Below, one piece after another: positions 18,667 through 26,445 of a stretch of DNA of 64,000 bases. The notes under the pieces were generated by a model. That model saw nothing but the letters and a program-made list of their open reading frames with translations, made no database searches and was not told the origin of the DNA. Where the stretch lies: sequence record PV740454.1; one strand, 5' to 3'. Each line of letters starts with the position of its first letter. Position 1 is the stretch's first letter. The position numbers and the translations under genes are program-made.

Positions 18667-18861
18667 ATGACTGTTATCATACTATTCCAAATGAGTATAT
18701 TCGCACTACTGCTGATGATACTCGTTAATGACAACAACAAATTCCTAGCAGATGGTGTCAAAGAAATACTACTCGTATCTGCTATCACTATATGTCTGAT
18801 TAATACTTTCTTTATCAGTCAATACGCAAGCATGTACAACATGCTAATGGAGAAACTATGA
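18667..18861 (+). CDS. small 2-TM membrane protein B, paralog of A
   Basis: AAGGA SD; LVNDNNKFLADGVKE aligns with VVNEFKNFLDDDTRA. Confidence 0.65.
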   Translation: MTVIILFQMSIFALLLMILVNDNNKFLADGVKEILLVSAITICLINTFFISQYASMYNMLMEKL

Positions 18862-19019
18862 CACTACTAACTATGATAATACTATTCGTCGTGCTGTCTA
18901 TAATCACAGTAACAATAGCTATTAGCTTTATCAACAACCCTGGCTTCATTAAACTAATGATTTTCGCTATCACAGGCTTTATCGCTTATGTGCTACTGAA
19001 TGTGATAGTCGCATCATGA
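18858..19019 (+). CDS. small 2-TM membrane protein C (53 aa, not in ORF track)
   Basis: ATGA overlap, GGAG SD; two hydrophobic helices around NNPG. Confidence 0.6.
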   Translation: MTLLTMIILFVVLSIITVTIAISFINNPGFIKLMIFAITGFIAYVLLNVIVAS

Positions 19020-19105
19020 GTGATATACCAATCAATTATATCATGCTTCTGCTATGCGTTCTAGCAGGGGTAGCTGGATGGTGCTTGAGCGATATCGGCA
19101 AATGA
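19016..19105 (+). CDS. small membrane peptide D (29 aa, not in ORF track)
   Basis: ATGA overlap; ends GWCLSDIGK. Confidence 0.45.
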   Translation: MSDIPINYIMLLLCVLAGVAGWCLSDIGK

Positions 19106-19121
19106 CTATATAAGGCAAACT

Positions 19122-19301
19122 ATGTTTATTATCTCAATCGCTATTTTTCTATCTGCAATCTACCTAATATGGACTGATAATAGCACAGATAACCTAGAAA
19201 GAATCTTAGCGCAAGTGATACTGCTAATGGCAGCAGCAATCAACTGCGTAGCTCAATGGGCTCTAAGCGACATTCTATCAGTAACGATGACTATATCATG
19301 A
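19122..19301 (+). CDS. small 2-TM membrane protein E (59 aa, not in ORF track)
   Basis: TAAGG SD; contains QWALSDI like D. Confidence 0.55.
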   Translation: MFIISIAIFLSAIYLIWTDNSTDNLERILAQVILLMAAAINCVAQWALSDILSVTMTIS

Positions 19302-19403
19302 TGTACTGCAAAAACGCTTAGAATACCACACAGACAGGCTCAGAGCATAGTACAACACTCATTGTTTTTTAATATATCGCACCCCGGTTCGTTTTCTACA
19401 ACA

Positions 19404-19512
19404 TGTGGGTAAATCTGTGGATAATATGTGTGTGAGACTGTGCATAAGTGTCTGAGATATGTGGATAAAAACAGAAATCAACTGTGGATAAGTCTGTGGA
19501 TTACGTGGATAA
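19404..19512 (-). repeat. array of seven co-oriented DnaA boxes (candidate origin or DnaA sink)
   Basis: TGTGGATAA at 19416, 19460, 19483; TGTGCATAA 19439; one-mismatch boxes at 19404, 19495, 19504; in gene-free gap 19302-19670. Confidence 0.8.
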
Positions 19513-19670
19513 GTTTTTTGGCTAAAAATAGCAAAAGGCTCATCGGGAGTGGTGGGAATTAGAGAACATCGAAGAACATCGAAGGTGGTAAAGAACTTAC
19601 ACCATTTCTGAAAAATAATTTGACACCACTTGCGCTTATGTGAGAAGATAGCGCGGTGAGAGGAGAGAAT

Positions 19671-20195
19671 ATGAAACAATTGATATTAAAAGATCGCATG
19701 AGTTTGCGCGTGGTAGATCAAGTGCATAGAGTGCATTACCATACGTTGCGACATGAGAATCGAACTGGTATGCCGTTTAATGTTGAGTGTAAAGGTGATG
19801 ATTGTGTTGTGTGTTCGCATGTTGACGGGTTGATTGCAGCACAGAAAGGTTCAGAGGCGTGTAATTTACGAGCTAAAGTGCAATACCAAGTGCGAGTAAT
19901 CGACTTGAATGATGTATCGAGTGGTGTACAAGTGTTGTGTTTCAGTCGCACGTTGCTTGATGCCGTGACTGATGCGCTTGAAGGTTCAAACGAGCGTGAG
20001 TATCGACCACTTGAGATACGTTCATCTGAATTTGCTCGTGGGTTTCGTAGTTATAGAGATTCATTTGCTGGTAATGTTATTCGTACAGCAATTAAGATGA
20101 AATTCAAGTCAACTGAAGAGTACAAGCTACCGTTTTACATTACGCCGTATGATGCTGATGCGATTCTGCGACATTTATTGAAGGGGTTAACATGA
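19671..20195 (+). CDS. gp32-like Zn-binding OB-fold ssDNA-binding protein lacking acidic tail
   Basis: H...C...CxxC ligands; RAKVQYQVRVID, GVQVLCFSRTLLDAV, GFRSYRDSF parallel T4 gp32 KRKTSYWANILV, GKVFKYRFGKKIWDKI, GFSNYDESKF. Confidence 0.65.
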   Translation: MKQLILKDRMSLRVVDQVHRVHYHTLRHENRTGMPFNVECKGDDCVVCSHVDGLIAAQKGSEACNLRAKVQYQVRVIDLNDVSSGVQVLCFSRTLLDAVTDALEGSNEREYRPLEIRSSEFARGFRSYRDSFAGNVIRTAIKMKFKSTEEYKLPFYITPYDADAILRHLLKGLT

Positions 20196-20338
20196 TTACA
20201 TTAGCTTTGTTCTATATGAGTCGAGATATGAGTTACAGCGAACGACCAAGTGACTTGTATATGGGTACAGTGATATTAGATTTTGCCTTAATCGCGACTG
20301 TGTTTTGTGGTATTATGATGTTTACGGGAAATTGGTAA
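20192..20338 (+). CDS. small membrane protein (48 aa, not in ORF track)
   Basis: ATGA-type overlap, GGGG SD. Confidence 0.5.
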   Translation: MITLALFYMSRDMSYSERPSDLYMGTVILDFALIATVFCGIMMFTGNW

Positions 20339-20952
20339 TGAAAAAGATTGAATTGAAGAAGAAAGTAATAGAGAAGAAAGGTGTCTTGCCAGATCAAGTT
20401 ATGGTGCGAGTTGAGACGTATTACCGTTCATTGAGTGGTTATTTGAATCATCTAAGTGCTGAGCATAAGTTACGTGGTATTACTTATTCTACGCATATGC
20501 TTGTTACAGAAGATGGTGCATTCTTCAGTATTGACGAAGACCGTTTGAATGGTGATAAGCAGACACGTGAAAAGCACGATGGTCAGTTAGTTGCAGTACA
20601 TGCGCGTTTACAATTGCCATCGAAAGATTGGGATTGGTATCCATGCAAGTGGAAAAGCGGTCGTCTTGTGTATACGTACAAAGAGCAAGATTTCGTAGAA
20701 GAAGAACACGAGCTAGTGGTTGGTGAGATTATCGACATTTATGCTGCTGATGATGAGCAAGCACGTTCGCCTCATGATGCAACTATCATTGTGAGTCGTC
20801 CGAAGCAAATCGTTGTTGAAGCGTATAGTAGACTTGCGATATTCCATGTTAGTAATGCAGAGAACAATGGTGATTTGATTTCTGATTGTGGTGAGTATCG
20901 TTTAAGTGGCAAGTACGCTGCTAGTGAATACGACGAAGAGCTTCATTCGTAA
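20338..20952 (+). CDS. hypothetical protein
   Basis: TAATG coupling. Confidence 0.7.
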   Translation: MKKIELKKKVIEKKGVLPDQVMVRVETYYRSLSGYLNHLSAEHKLRGITYSTHMLVTEDGAFFSIDEDRLNGDKQTREKHDGQLVAVHARLQLPSKDWDWYPCKWKSGRLVYTYKEQDFVEEEHELVVGEIIDIYAADDEQARSPHDATIIVSRPKQIVVEAYSRLAIFHVSNAENNGDLISDCGEYRLSGKYAASEYDEELHS

Positions 20953-20961
20953 AAGTTAAAG

Positions 20962-21042
20962 AAAAGGGTTGACACATGTCAGCCCTTTTTTGTATTATCT
21001 CTATATCGAAACGACATCGACTAACAAAGAGAGAATATTATG
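20962..21042 (+). promoter_or_regulatory. terminator-fused early promoter/leader cassette
   Basis: Same hairpin and leader as 4200. Confidence 0.85.
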
Positions 21043-21396
21043 TTTAACGCTACTACAGTACTAAACCAACTTACACAATCAAACAACGGTCAATCTCGCT
21101 TAGTTGCTATGACTGGTGCTAAGAACTTGCTTCAGTCTGAAGAGAAACAGTTTGTTTCATTCAAGCTGCCGAAAGTAGTACGTGGTATTAACTACGTGAA
21201 AATCACTCTGAACAGCAAAGACCTATATGATGTTGAGTTTGGTAAAGTCTCTAACAAAGCTTGTCCAGAAATGAAAAAGCTTGGTATTAAAGTGATGATG
21301 CCGAATTACGACGTGAAAACAGTAGTAAACGACGTATACAATGACTCGTTAAAAGCTTGTTTTGAACGTGAAACGACTCTTTTACTATCTCTATAA
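21040..21396 (+). CDS. conserved phage hypothetical protein (MTGAK motif)
   Basis: Cassette ATG; L.QL...MTGAKN...INYVKITL..DLY. Confidence 0.7.
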   Translation: MFNATTVLNQLTQSNNGQSRLVAMTGAKNLLQSEEKQFVSFKLPKVVRGINYVKITLNSKDLYDVEFGKVSNKACPEMKKLGIKVMMPNYDVKTVVNDVYNDSLKACFERETTLLLSL

Positions 21397-21406
21397 GGAA
21401 AATATT

Positions 21407-21769
21407 ATGTCTATTCCATCAATTGTTGGTAATATCGCTGCTGATTTGCTTGAAAACACCGAGCTTTTAAGCGATTACACGTCTTATACTTGCTTTATGC
21501 TAGAAGACAAAGCATACAATCACGTAGAACACAAGATTGATTTGCTTGAGTACATTCACGTTTCAGGCATTGAATTCATCTTGGCAATTCGTGATGGTAA
21601 AGTGAAACTGCCATTTGTACTAGGCGAAGATGCTGAGCGAGACCTCAATACAATGATCGCTGACCAATATGCAGGCGCTTTTGTACACGTTTTAGCAAGC
21701 GGTGATATGGAAAAATTCACTGTCATACGCTCAGAATGGTTGAAATTCCTTGCAAAAGAGGCAAAATAA
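21407..21769 (+). CDS. R.xWL paralog family, member 1
   Basis: YTC...GAFVH...RSEWLKFL. Confidence 0.75.
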   Translation: MSIPSIVGNIAADLLENTELLSDYTSYTCFMLEDKAYNHVEHKIDLLEYIHVSGIEFILAIRDGKVKLPFVLGEDAERDLNTMIADQYAGAFVHVLASGDMEKFTVIRSEWLKFLAKEAK

Positions 21770-22185
21770 TGAAGAAAATCATACTTTTAGGTGCATTTTC
21801 AGCTATTTTGACTGGTTGTGGTGGTGATTGGGAGACATTAGAGCGCGTATATCTGATGCAGAGAACGCCAGCACAGCAAGCTATTGTTGACGAATGGGCT
21901 GTTCAATGTAAAGAGAAAGAGCTTGACCAAGGGTTGGTTGCTGGTTGTACAACGCTTGCTGAAGCGACATATGCGAATTACGGTGATAGAGTTGCATACG
22001 CTACTTACATTAGAAACGGTCGTGTGTATAAGCGTACGCCTTGTAATGTCGATGGACTTACTGAACGAGAAGGTTTAGTTTGCAGTGGTAAAGTTGAAAA
22101 AATCGTAATTAAATCTGAAAAACTGCTTGACGTAAGCTCCCAAAACCGCGATAATAGCTCTATCGAAACGAGATACGTTAACTAG
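21769..22185 (+). CDS. lipoprotein
   Basis: Lipobox LTGC; four further Cys. Confidence 0.7.
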   Translation: MKKIILLGAFSAILTGCGGDWETLERVYLMQRTPAQQAIVDEWAVQCKEKELDQGLVAGCTTLAEATYANYGDRVAYATYIRNGRVYKRTPCNVDGLTEREGLVCSGKVEKIVIKSEKLLDVSSQNRDNSSIETRYVN

Positions 22186-22198
22186 AGAGAACATTATG
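22127..22198 (+). promoter_or_regulatory. early promoter/leader cassette without terminator
   Basis: TTGACG-17-GATAAT; ATCGAAACGAGATAC; AGAGAGAACATT-ATG. Confidence 0.75.
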
Positions 22199-22420
22199 AC
22201 TGATTACGAATTCGACGCACTATCAAACGCAGCACAAGTTGCACACATGAACGTTGAAGTTGTTGAAACTGTAAAGACAGTAAACGACGTGAACTACGTA
22301 AAGCGCGAATTCTTGCTTGATGGTGAAGAGTACAAAGCACCACACTTCGAGTGCAACTGCACTATCAAGCACACAGAAGAAGAAATTCTTGCGTGGATTG
22401 ACGAAGTATTTTTTGCTTAA
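22196..22420 (+). CDS. hypothetical protein
   Basis: Cassette ATG. Confidence 0.7.
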   Translation: MTDYEFDALSNAAQVAHMNVEVVETVKTVNDVNYVKREFLLDGEEYKAPHFECNCTIKHTEEEILAWIDEVFFA

Positions 22421-22432
22421 ATGGAGAACATC

Positions 22433-22765
22433 ATGACCAATTCAGATATTCAAGACATCAAAGACGCTGCTATTACGGTACTAGAACGTCGTAAGTTCGA
22501 CGATTGGACTTGCTGTCAAATTGCAATGCTACTGCCTGATGACGATTCAATCAGAATCGCTGCTCTTAACTACATCGAATCGTTCAGTGGTGCGTTTATC
22601 GATACTCTAGGTCTACCAGAGCATATCGCATCAGAAGCGGTAAACTACACGTCATTTTTAGACTGTATTGAAATCGACACTAAAGGCACTCAATGCGAGT
22701 TGTCAATGGAATACCTTCGCGAAGCATGGTTGAAATTTCTAATTGACAACGTGGAGAAAAACTAA
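22433..22765 (+). CDS. R.xWL paralog family, member 2
   Basis: WTCC...GAFID...REAWLKFL. Confidence 0.7.
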   Translation: MTNSDIQDIKDAAITVLERRKFDDWTCCQIAMLLPDDDSIRIAALNYIESFSGAFIDTLGLPEHIASEAVNYTSFLDCIEIDTKGTQCELSMEYLREAWLKFLIDNVEKN

Positions 22766-23139
22766 TGACTGATTTAGAGATTCAAGGACAAGTACGTTCT
22801 CAAGCAGCGCGTATTCTTAAAGAAAACGACTTTCATCATATCTGCATGTACACGTGCAATGATATCGAGTATTCGATTGTCGAAGACAACAAGGTTACTG
22901 CTGAAGAACAACCGCATGTGCGTTACGTAGTTCGTGATTACATCGAAACTCAAGCTACGGGGTTTCTTCGTGCATTACGCGATGACAGCTCAATTCTAGG
23001 GTTTAGTATTGGTCGTATTTTACCATTCGGCGCGTTTATTCATTCAATCGCACGTGTTGGTATAGAGAATGTTGATCAATCTCGATTTACAGCAGCACGA
23101 GCAGCTTGGTTGAAATACCTTTCTACTGGAGAAATGTAA
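22765..23139 (+). CDS. R.xWL paralog family, member 3
   Basis: YTC...GAFIH...RAAWLKYL. Confidence 0.75.
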   Translation: MTDLEIQGQVRSQAARILKENDFHHICMYTCNDIEYSIVEDNKVTAEEQPHVRYVVRDYIETQATGFLRALRDDSSILGFSIGRILPFGAFIHSIARVGIENVDQSRFTAARAAWLKYLSTGEM

Positions 23140-23498
23140 TGGAAAAAGTACTACGCGAAGTAGCAAAAGAGCTACTTGAAGAAACCGATCTTCTTAAAGA
23201 CCGAGGCTTTTTTAGCTGTCATGAGCTACGTGACCGCGCAAAACGTCGAGGTGTCAATGCATTCAAAGTTGAAATGCTAATCGACAATATTGGCGAAAAA
23301 TTCGTTACGCGCATCAGAGCACGTAAAATCGGTGTTGCTAATATCACTGACTTTGCGTACCGCCGTAATGAAAATCGTAGTTACGTTGGTGCTTTTGTCC
23401 ATGCATATTCGTACGTAGCAGAAGACGAGATCGACGTAAACACGTTATTCGAGATTCGCACAGCATGGCTTCAATTTGTAGCAGAAGGCGATTACTAA
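23139..23498 (+). CDS. R.xWL paralog family, member 4
   Basis: FSC...GAFVH...RTAWLQFV. Confidence 0.75.
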   Translation: MEKVLREVAKELLEETDLLKDRGFFSCHELRDRAKRRGVNAFKVEMLIDNIGEKFVTRIRARKIGVANITDFAYRRNENRSYVGAFVHAYSYVAEDEIDVNTLFEIRTAWLQFVAEGDY

Positions 23499-23872
23499 TG
23501 ATTGATGAACTAGTAAAAACAACCGCAGCGAGTATGCTTGAAGATACAAGTTTGCTTTGCGACGAGAAAGAATATTCATGTTGCGTCATCGTCGATAAAA
23601 TGGTAGAGCATCATGGCTACGTACCTCATACTGTATATCAGCATTTAGACGTAAAAGGCGTTGAGTTCTTACAGCTTGTTTTAGACAAGCCAGAAACACT
23701 ATGCTTTGAATTATCACCTGATACACTCGCTATGGTAAAAGAAGACATCGATGATCAAGACCCATCTGCGTTTGTTCATTATATCGCTCGTAATAGCAAT
23801 GACAGTTTAGACCCAGTGAAATTCGAGAACGTGCGCACAGCATGGTTAACTTTCTTAGCAGAAGGCAATTAA
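23498..23872 (+). CDS. R.xWL paralog family, member 5
   Basis: YSC...SAFVH...RTAWLTFL. Confidence 0.75.
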   Translation: MIDELVKTTAASMLEDTSLLCDEKEYSCCVIVDKMVEHHGYVPHTVYQHLDVKGVEFLQLVLDKPETLCFELSPDTLAMVKEDIDDQDPSAFVHYIARNSNDSLDPVKFENVRTAWLTFLAEGN

Positions 23873-23873
23873 G

Positions 23874-24395
23874 ATGACATTAGAAGAACGCCTTGCATTG
23901 CTCGAACAAGAGCTAAGCACCACACCACCAGCGCAAATACTAGCTGAATTGAAGTCATACGAGCCTAAAGGTTCGCTGGTGGATGATTTCATTCTTGACA
24001 CACTCATCCCGACTCTAGCTAAAGCCAAAGCACATGAGCTACTAGCTGATGAGCGTATGGTCACAGACATGGAAGTTTACACGTGCAACGAGATCAACAA
24101 CTTTGTAATTGATGCGCTTGAAATCGACGATTACGACGAAGCACAAGCGGTTCGTTTTTATCTTCAAGATCAATCTAAGGCGTTTGTTGAAAGCGTTGTA
24201 TCTGATGCAGAATCTGTAGTAGGGTTTACACCATCTGACTATGCATTATCTGAATTACAGGTAAGTCTTGATAATTGTCGTTACCAAGGTGCGTTTATTC
24301 ATGTAATGGTAATGAACGACTACGGCTATAAAGACGAGACGAAGTTCCCATCTGCTCGTACAGCTTGGTTGAAATTTATCTTAGAAAATGCTTGA
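23874..24395 (+). CDS. R.xWL paralog family, member 6 (N-terminal extension)
   Basis: YTC...GAFIH...RTAWLKFI. Confidence 0.75.
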   Translation: MTLEERLALLEQELSTTPPAQILAELKSYEPKGSLVDDFILDTLIPTLAKAKAHELLADERMVTDMEVYTCNEINNFVIDALEIDDYDEAQAVRFYLQDQSKAFVESVVSDAESVVGFTPSDYALSELQVSLDNCRYQGAFIHVMVMNDYGYKDETKFPSARTAWLKFILENA

Positions 24396-24443
24396 CAGAC
24401 ATTTCATACATCTGTATTCTACGTGTATTGAAAAGGAGATAAC

Positions 24444-24839
24444 ATGAAACTACGTACACTAATCATCGAAGGCGCAGCAGAGCTAGTTCAAGACAAAGAG
24501 CTTTTATCAGACAAATCCCAATTCAGTTGCGGTCTAGTTGCAATGCACTGTTGTAAACACGTTAAATCATCTAGACAATTTCGAGTTTACGACGAAGCGC
24601 AGAAAATCATTCGTCTTGAAGCGAAGGTGTTTTTGAAAAAGATACTAGCTGATGACGAATCGATTATCGGGTTTAGCTTATCTGATGAACTACGCGAAAA
24701 AACAGAAGGTATGCTTGGTTACGAGTGTAATGCCTTTGTTCATACGCTATCAACAATAGCTGAAGACGTTCGCGACGCGAATCGATTCACTGCTGTACGT
24801 AAAGCATGGTTAACTCACTTAGCAAATGGAGAAGTATAA
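24444..24839 (+). CDS. R.xWL paralog family, member 7
   Basis: FSC...NAFVH...RKAWLTHL. Confidence 0.75.
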   Translation: MKLRTLIIEGAAELVQDKELLSDKSQFSCGLVAMHCCKHVKSSRQFRVYDEAQKIIRLEAKVFLKKILADDESIIGFSLSDELREKTEGMLGYECNAFVHTLSTIAEDVRDANRFTAVRKAWLTHLANGEV

Positions 24840-25207
24840 TGTACGATTTAATGGCAGCAAAAGCACGTAAGATTCTAAGCGATTCTGATTTCATGACAAA
24901 CGAGCACGAGTTTAGTTGCCTTGCTATTGCTGGTTATGTTGAGCGTAACAGCGACATGCGTTACCGTGATGCAAGTGCAGCAGTGAAAGAGCTTGGTGCA
25001 TCGTTTGTTTACCAAGTGCTAAAAGACGACGTATTCATGCTTGGTTTTGAGCTATCAGATTATGCTCGTGCGAAGATCGCAGATGAAGTCGACCAGTTTG
25101 TTCATGATATCGCGTCATCATCTGAAGACAATATCGACCCAGAGCTGTTTCGACGTGCTCGTAAATCATGGTTAGAGTTTGTCATTGAAAATGGGGAAGT
25201 GCAATGA
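24839..25207 (+). CDS. R.xWL paralog family, member 8
   Basis: FSC...DQFVH...RKSWLEFV. Confidence 0.75.
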   Translation: MYDLMAAKARKILSDSDFMTNEHEFSCLAIAGYVERNSDMRYRDASAAVKELGASFVYQVLKDDVFMLGFELSDYARAKIADEVDQFVHDIASSSEDNIDPELFRRARKSWLEFVIENGEVQ

Positions 25208-25560
25208 TTTCATTGGTTGTTCAAGTAGAAGCATTCAAGTTGCTTGAAGACAAAGACCTTCTACGTGATACATGTCAGTACACATGTAATATTCTAGAAG
25301 ACAACGCGCATCGAGTCAGTGCATACGGTCGTATTGCTATTGGTGAATACATTGAAGCGAAAGGGCTAGAGTTCTTACAGTGCGTTCTAGACGAAGAAAT
25401 CAATTTCAGTTTTGATTTTGACCGTGAATCGATTGCTGATTCTGTACGTGATAAATTCCCGGGTGCATTTGTGAATCATATTTCAGGTGAAGACATAGAG
25501 TGTTTTGCTGAAGTTCGCAGAGCATGGTTAGAGTTTTTGACAGTGGAGCGTGACGTATGA
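25204..25560 (+). CDS. R.xWL paralog family, member 9
   Basis: YTC...GAFVNH...RRAWLEFL. Confidence 0.75.
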   Translation: MISLVVQVEAFKLLEDKDLLRDTCQYTCNILEDNAHRVSAYGRIAIGEYIEAKGLEFLQCVLDEEINFSFDFDRESIADSVRDKFPGAFVNHISGEDIECFAEVRRAWLEFLTVERDV

Positions 25561-25904
25561 AATTAGAAGAACTAGCAGTAGATCATCCGTATTACTGTTC
25601 AGACAGTAATTACTACAGTAATGACGCGGGGTGTTCGTTTGAGACAGCGACTGACTTTCTAGAAGAGTTCAACGACGCTGACATTGACATGAACTTGGTT
25701 TTTCGTTGGGATGTCAAGCCGCATTTAGACGAAACAGAAGAAGTCACAGACAAGTTCTACGCTGATGTGTTTATGATACACCAACGCAAAGGTATTTTCG
25801 CGCCGTATCACATCGAGTCTATTACAGAGGACGAAGCATCTAGTTTCGCTGAGTATCTACGTAGACATAAAGAAGCATTAACTAAGTTATGGGAGCCGTT
25901 ATGA
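25557..25904 (+). CDS. hypothetical acidic protein
   Basis: HPYYC...NLVFRWD. Confidence 0.7.
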   Translation: MKLEELAVDHPYYCSDSNYYSNDAGCSFETATDFLEEFNDADIDMNLVFRWDVKPHLDETEEVTDKFYADVFMIHQRKGIFAPYHIESITEDEASSFAEYLRRHKEALTKLWEPL

Positions 25905-26137
25905 TTTTCTTCAATATCTTATTGCTATACGTGTTCATTGCTGTTATGCTGTATCTGTACAGCGCGGGTTGTGAATACGCTATGTACAAGTTAAAAGGTC
26001 ACCTAGATAGCAAGTTTCCAATCACATTCTTTGACACTCACAAGATGATTGCTGCTGGTTGTTTCTTGTGGTTACCTATTCTTATGTTCATTGTTCACAA
26101 TGAAATCGTGAATTTGAAATCGAAGTTCAAGAGGTAG
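25901..26137 (+). CDS. 2-TM membrane protein
   Basis: Hydrophobic helices. Confidence 0.65.
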   Translation: MIFFNILLLYVFIAVMLYLYSAGCEYAMYKLKGHLDSKFPITFFDTHKMIAAGCFLWLPILMFIVHNEIVNLKSKFKR

Positions 26138-26139
26138 AC

Positions 26140-26445
26140 ATGAAAGACTACAATCGAACGTTAGTAGGGATCAACTACAAGAGCGGTATTAAGGTAGCGT
26201 TTTGGGTTTACAACATGAAAGTTCGTTCTCGCGGTTCATCGTATGAGAGAATCAATTGGTCTTCAGCTACTCCGCCAGTTGATCCTCATATGCAAGAGCG
26301 ACTAAAGCACATATCAAAGCATGTGTTAATCGGTGAGCCGCCTATTTCGTTAGCGGGTGATATTAATGACATTGAAAGCGTATGGAATCTTTATTCATAC
26401 GAAGGTGAAGATGGTAGAAAGCCAGAGGAAGAAGATGAAATTTGA
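26140..26445 (+). CDS. hypothetical protein
   Basis: GAGG SD. Confidence 0.65.
   Translation: MKDYNRTLVGINYKSGIKVAFWVYNMKVRSRGSSYERINWSSATPPVDPHMQERLKHISKHVLIGEPPISLAGDINDIESVWNLYSYEGEDGRKPEEEDEI

Noticed and set aside
19302-19670. The gap as a captured piece of host oriC
   Set aside because: I saw no GATC sites or 13-mer DUE repeats, and all boxes share one orientation, unlike gammaproteobacterial oriC. A BLASTN against host oriC would settle it.
19359-19679. Minus-strand 106-aa ORF across the DnaA-box gap
   Set aside because: No evident SD or promoter; its YPQ/THI pattern simply translates the repeated boxes. More likely non-coding.
21407-25560. Paralog array as a diversity-generating retroelement or inversion system
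   Set aside because: No reverse transcriptase, recombinase or near-identical template/variable nucleotide repeats; divergence is old and spread throughout.
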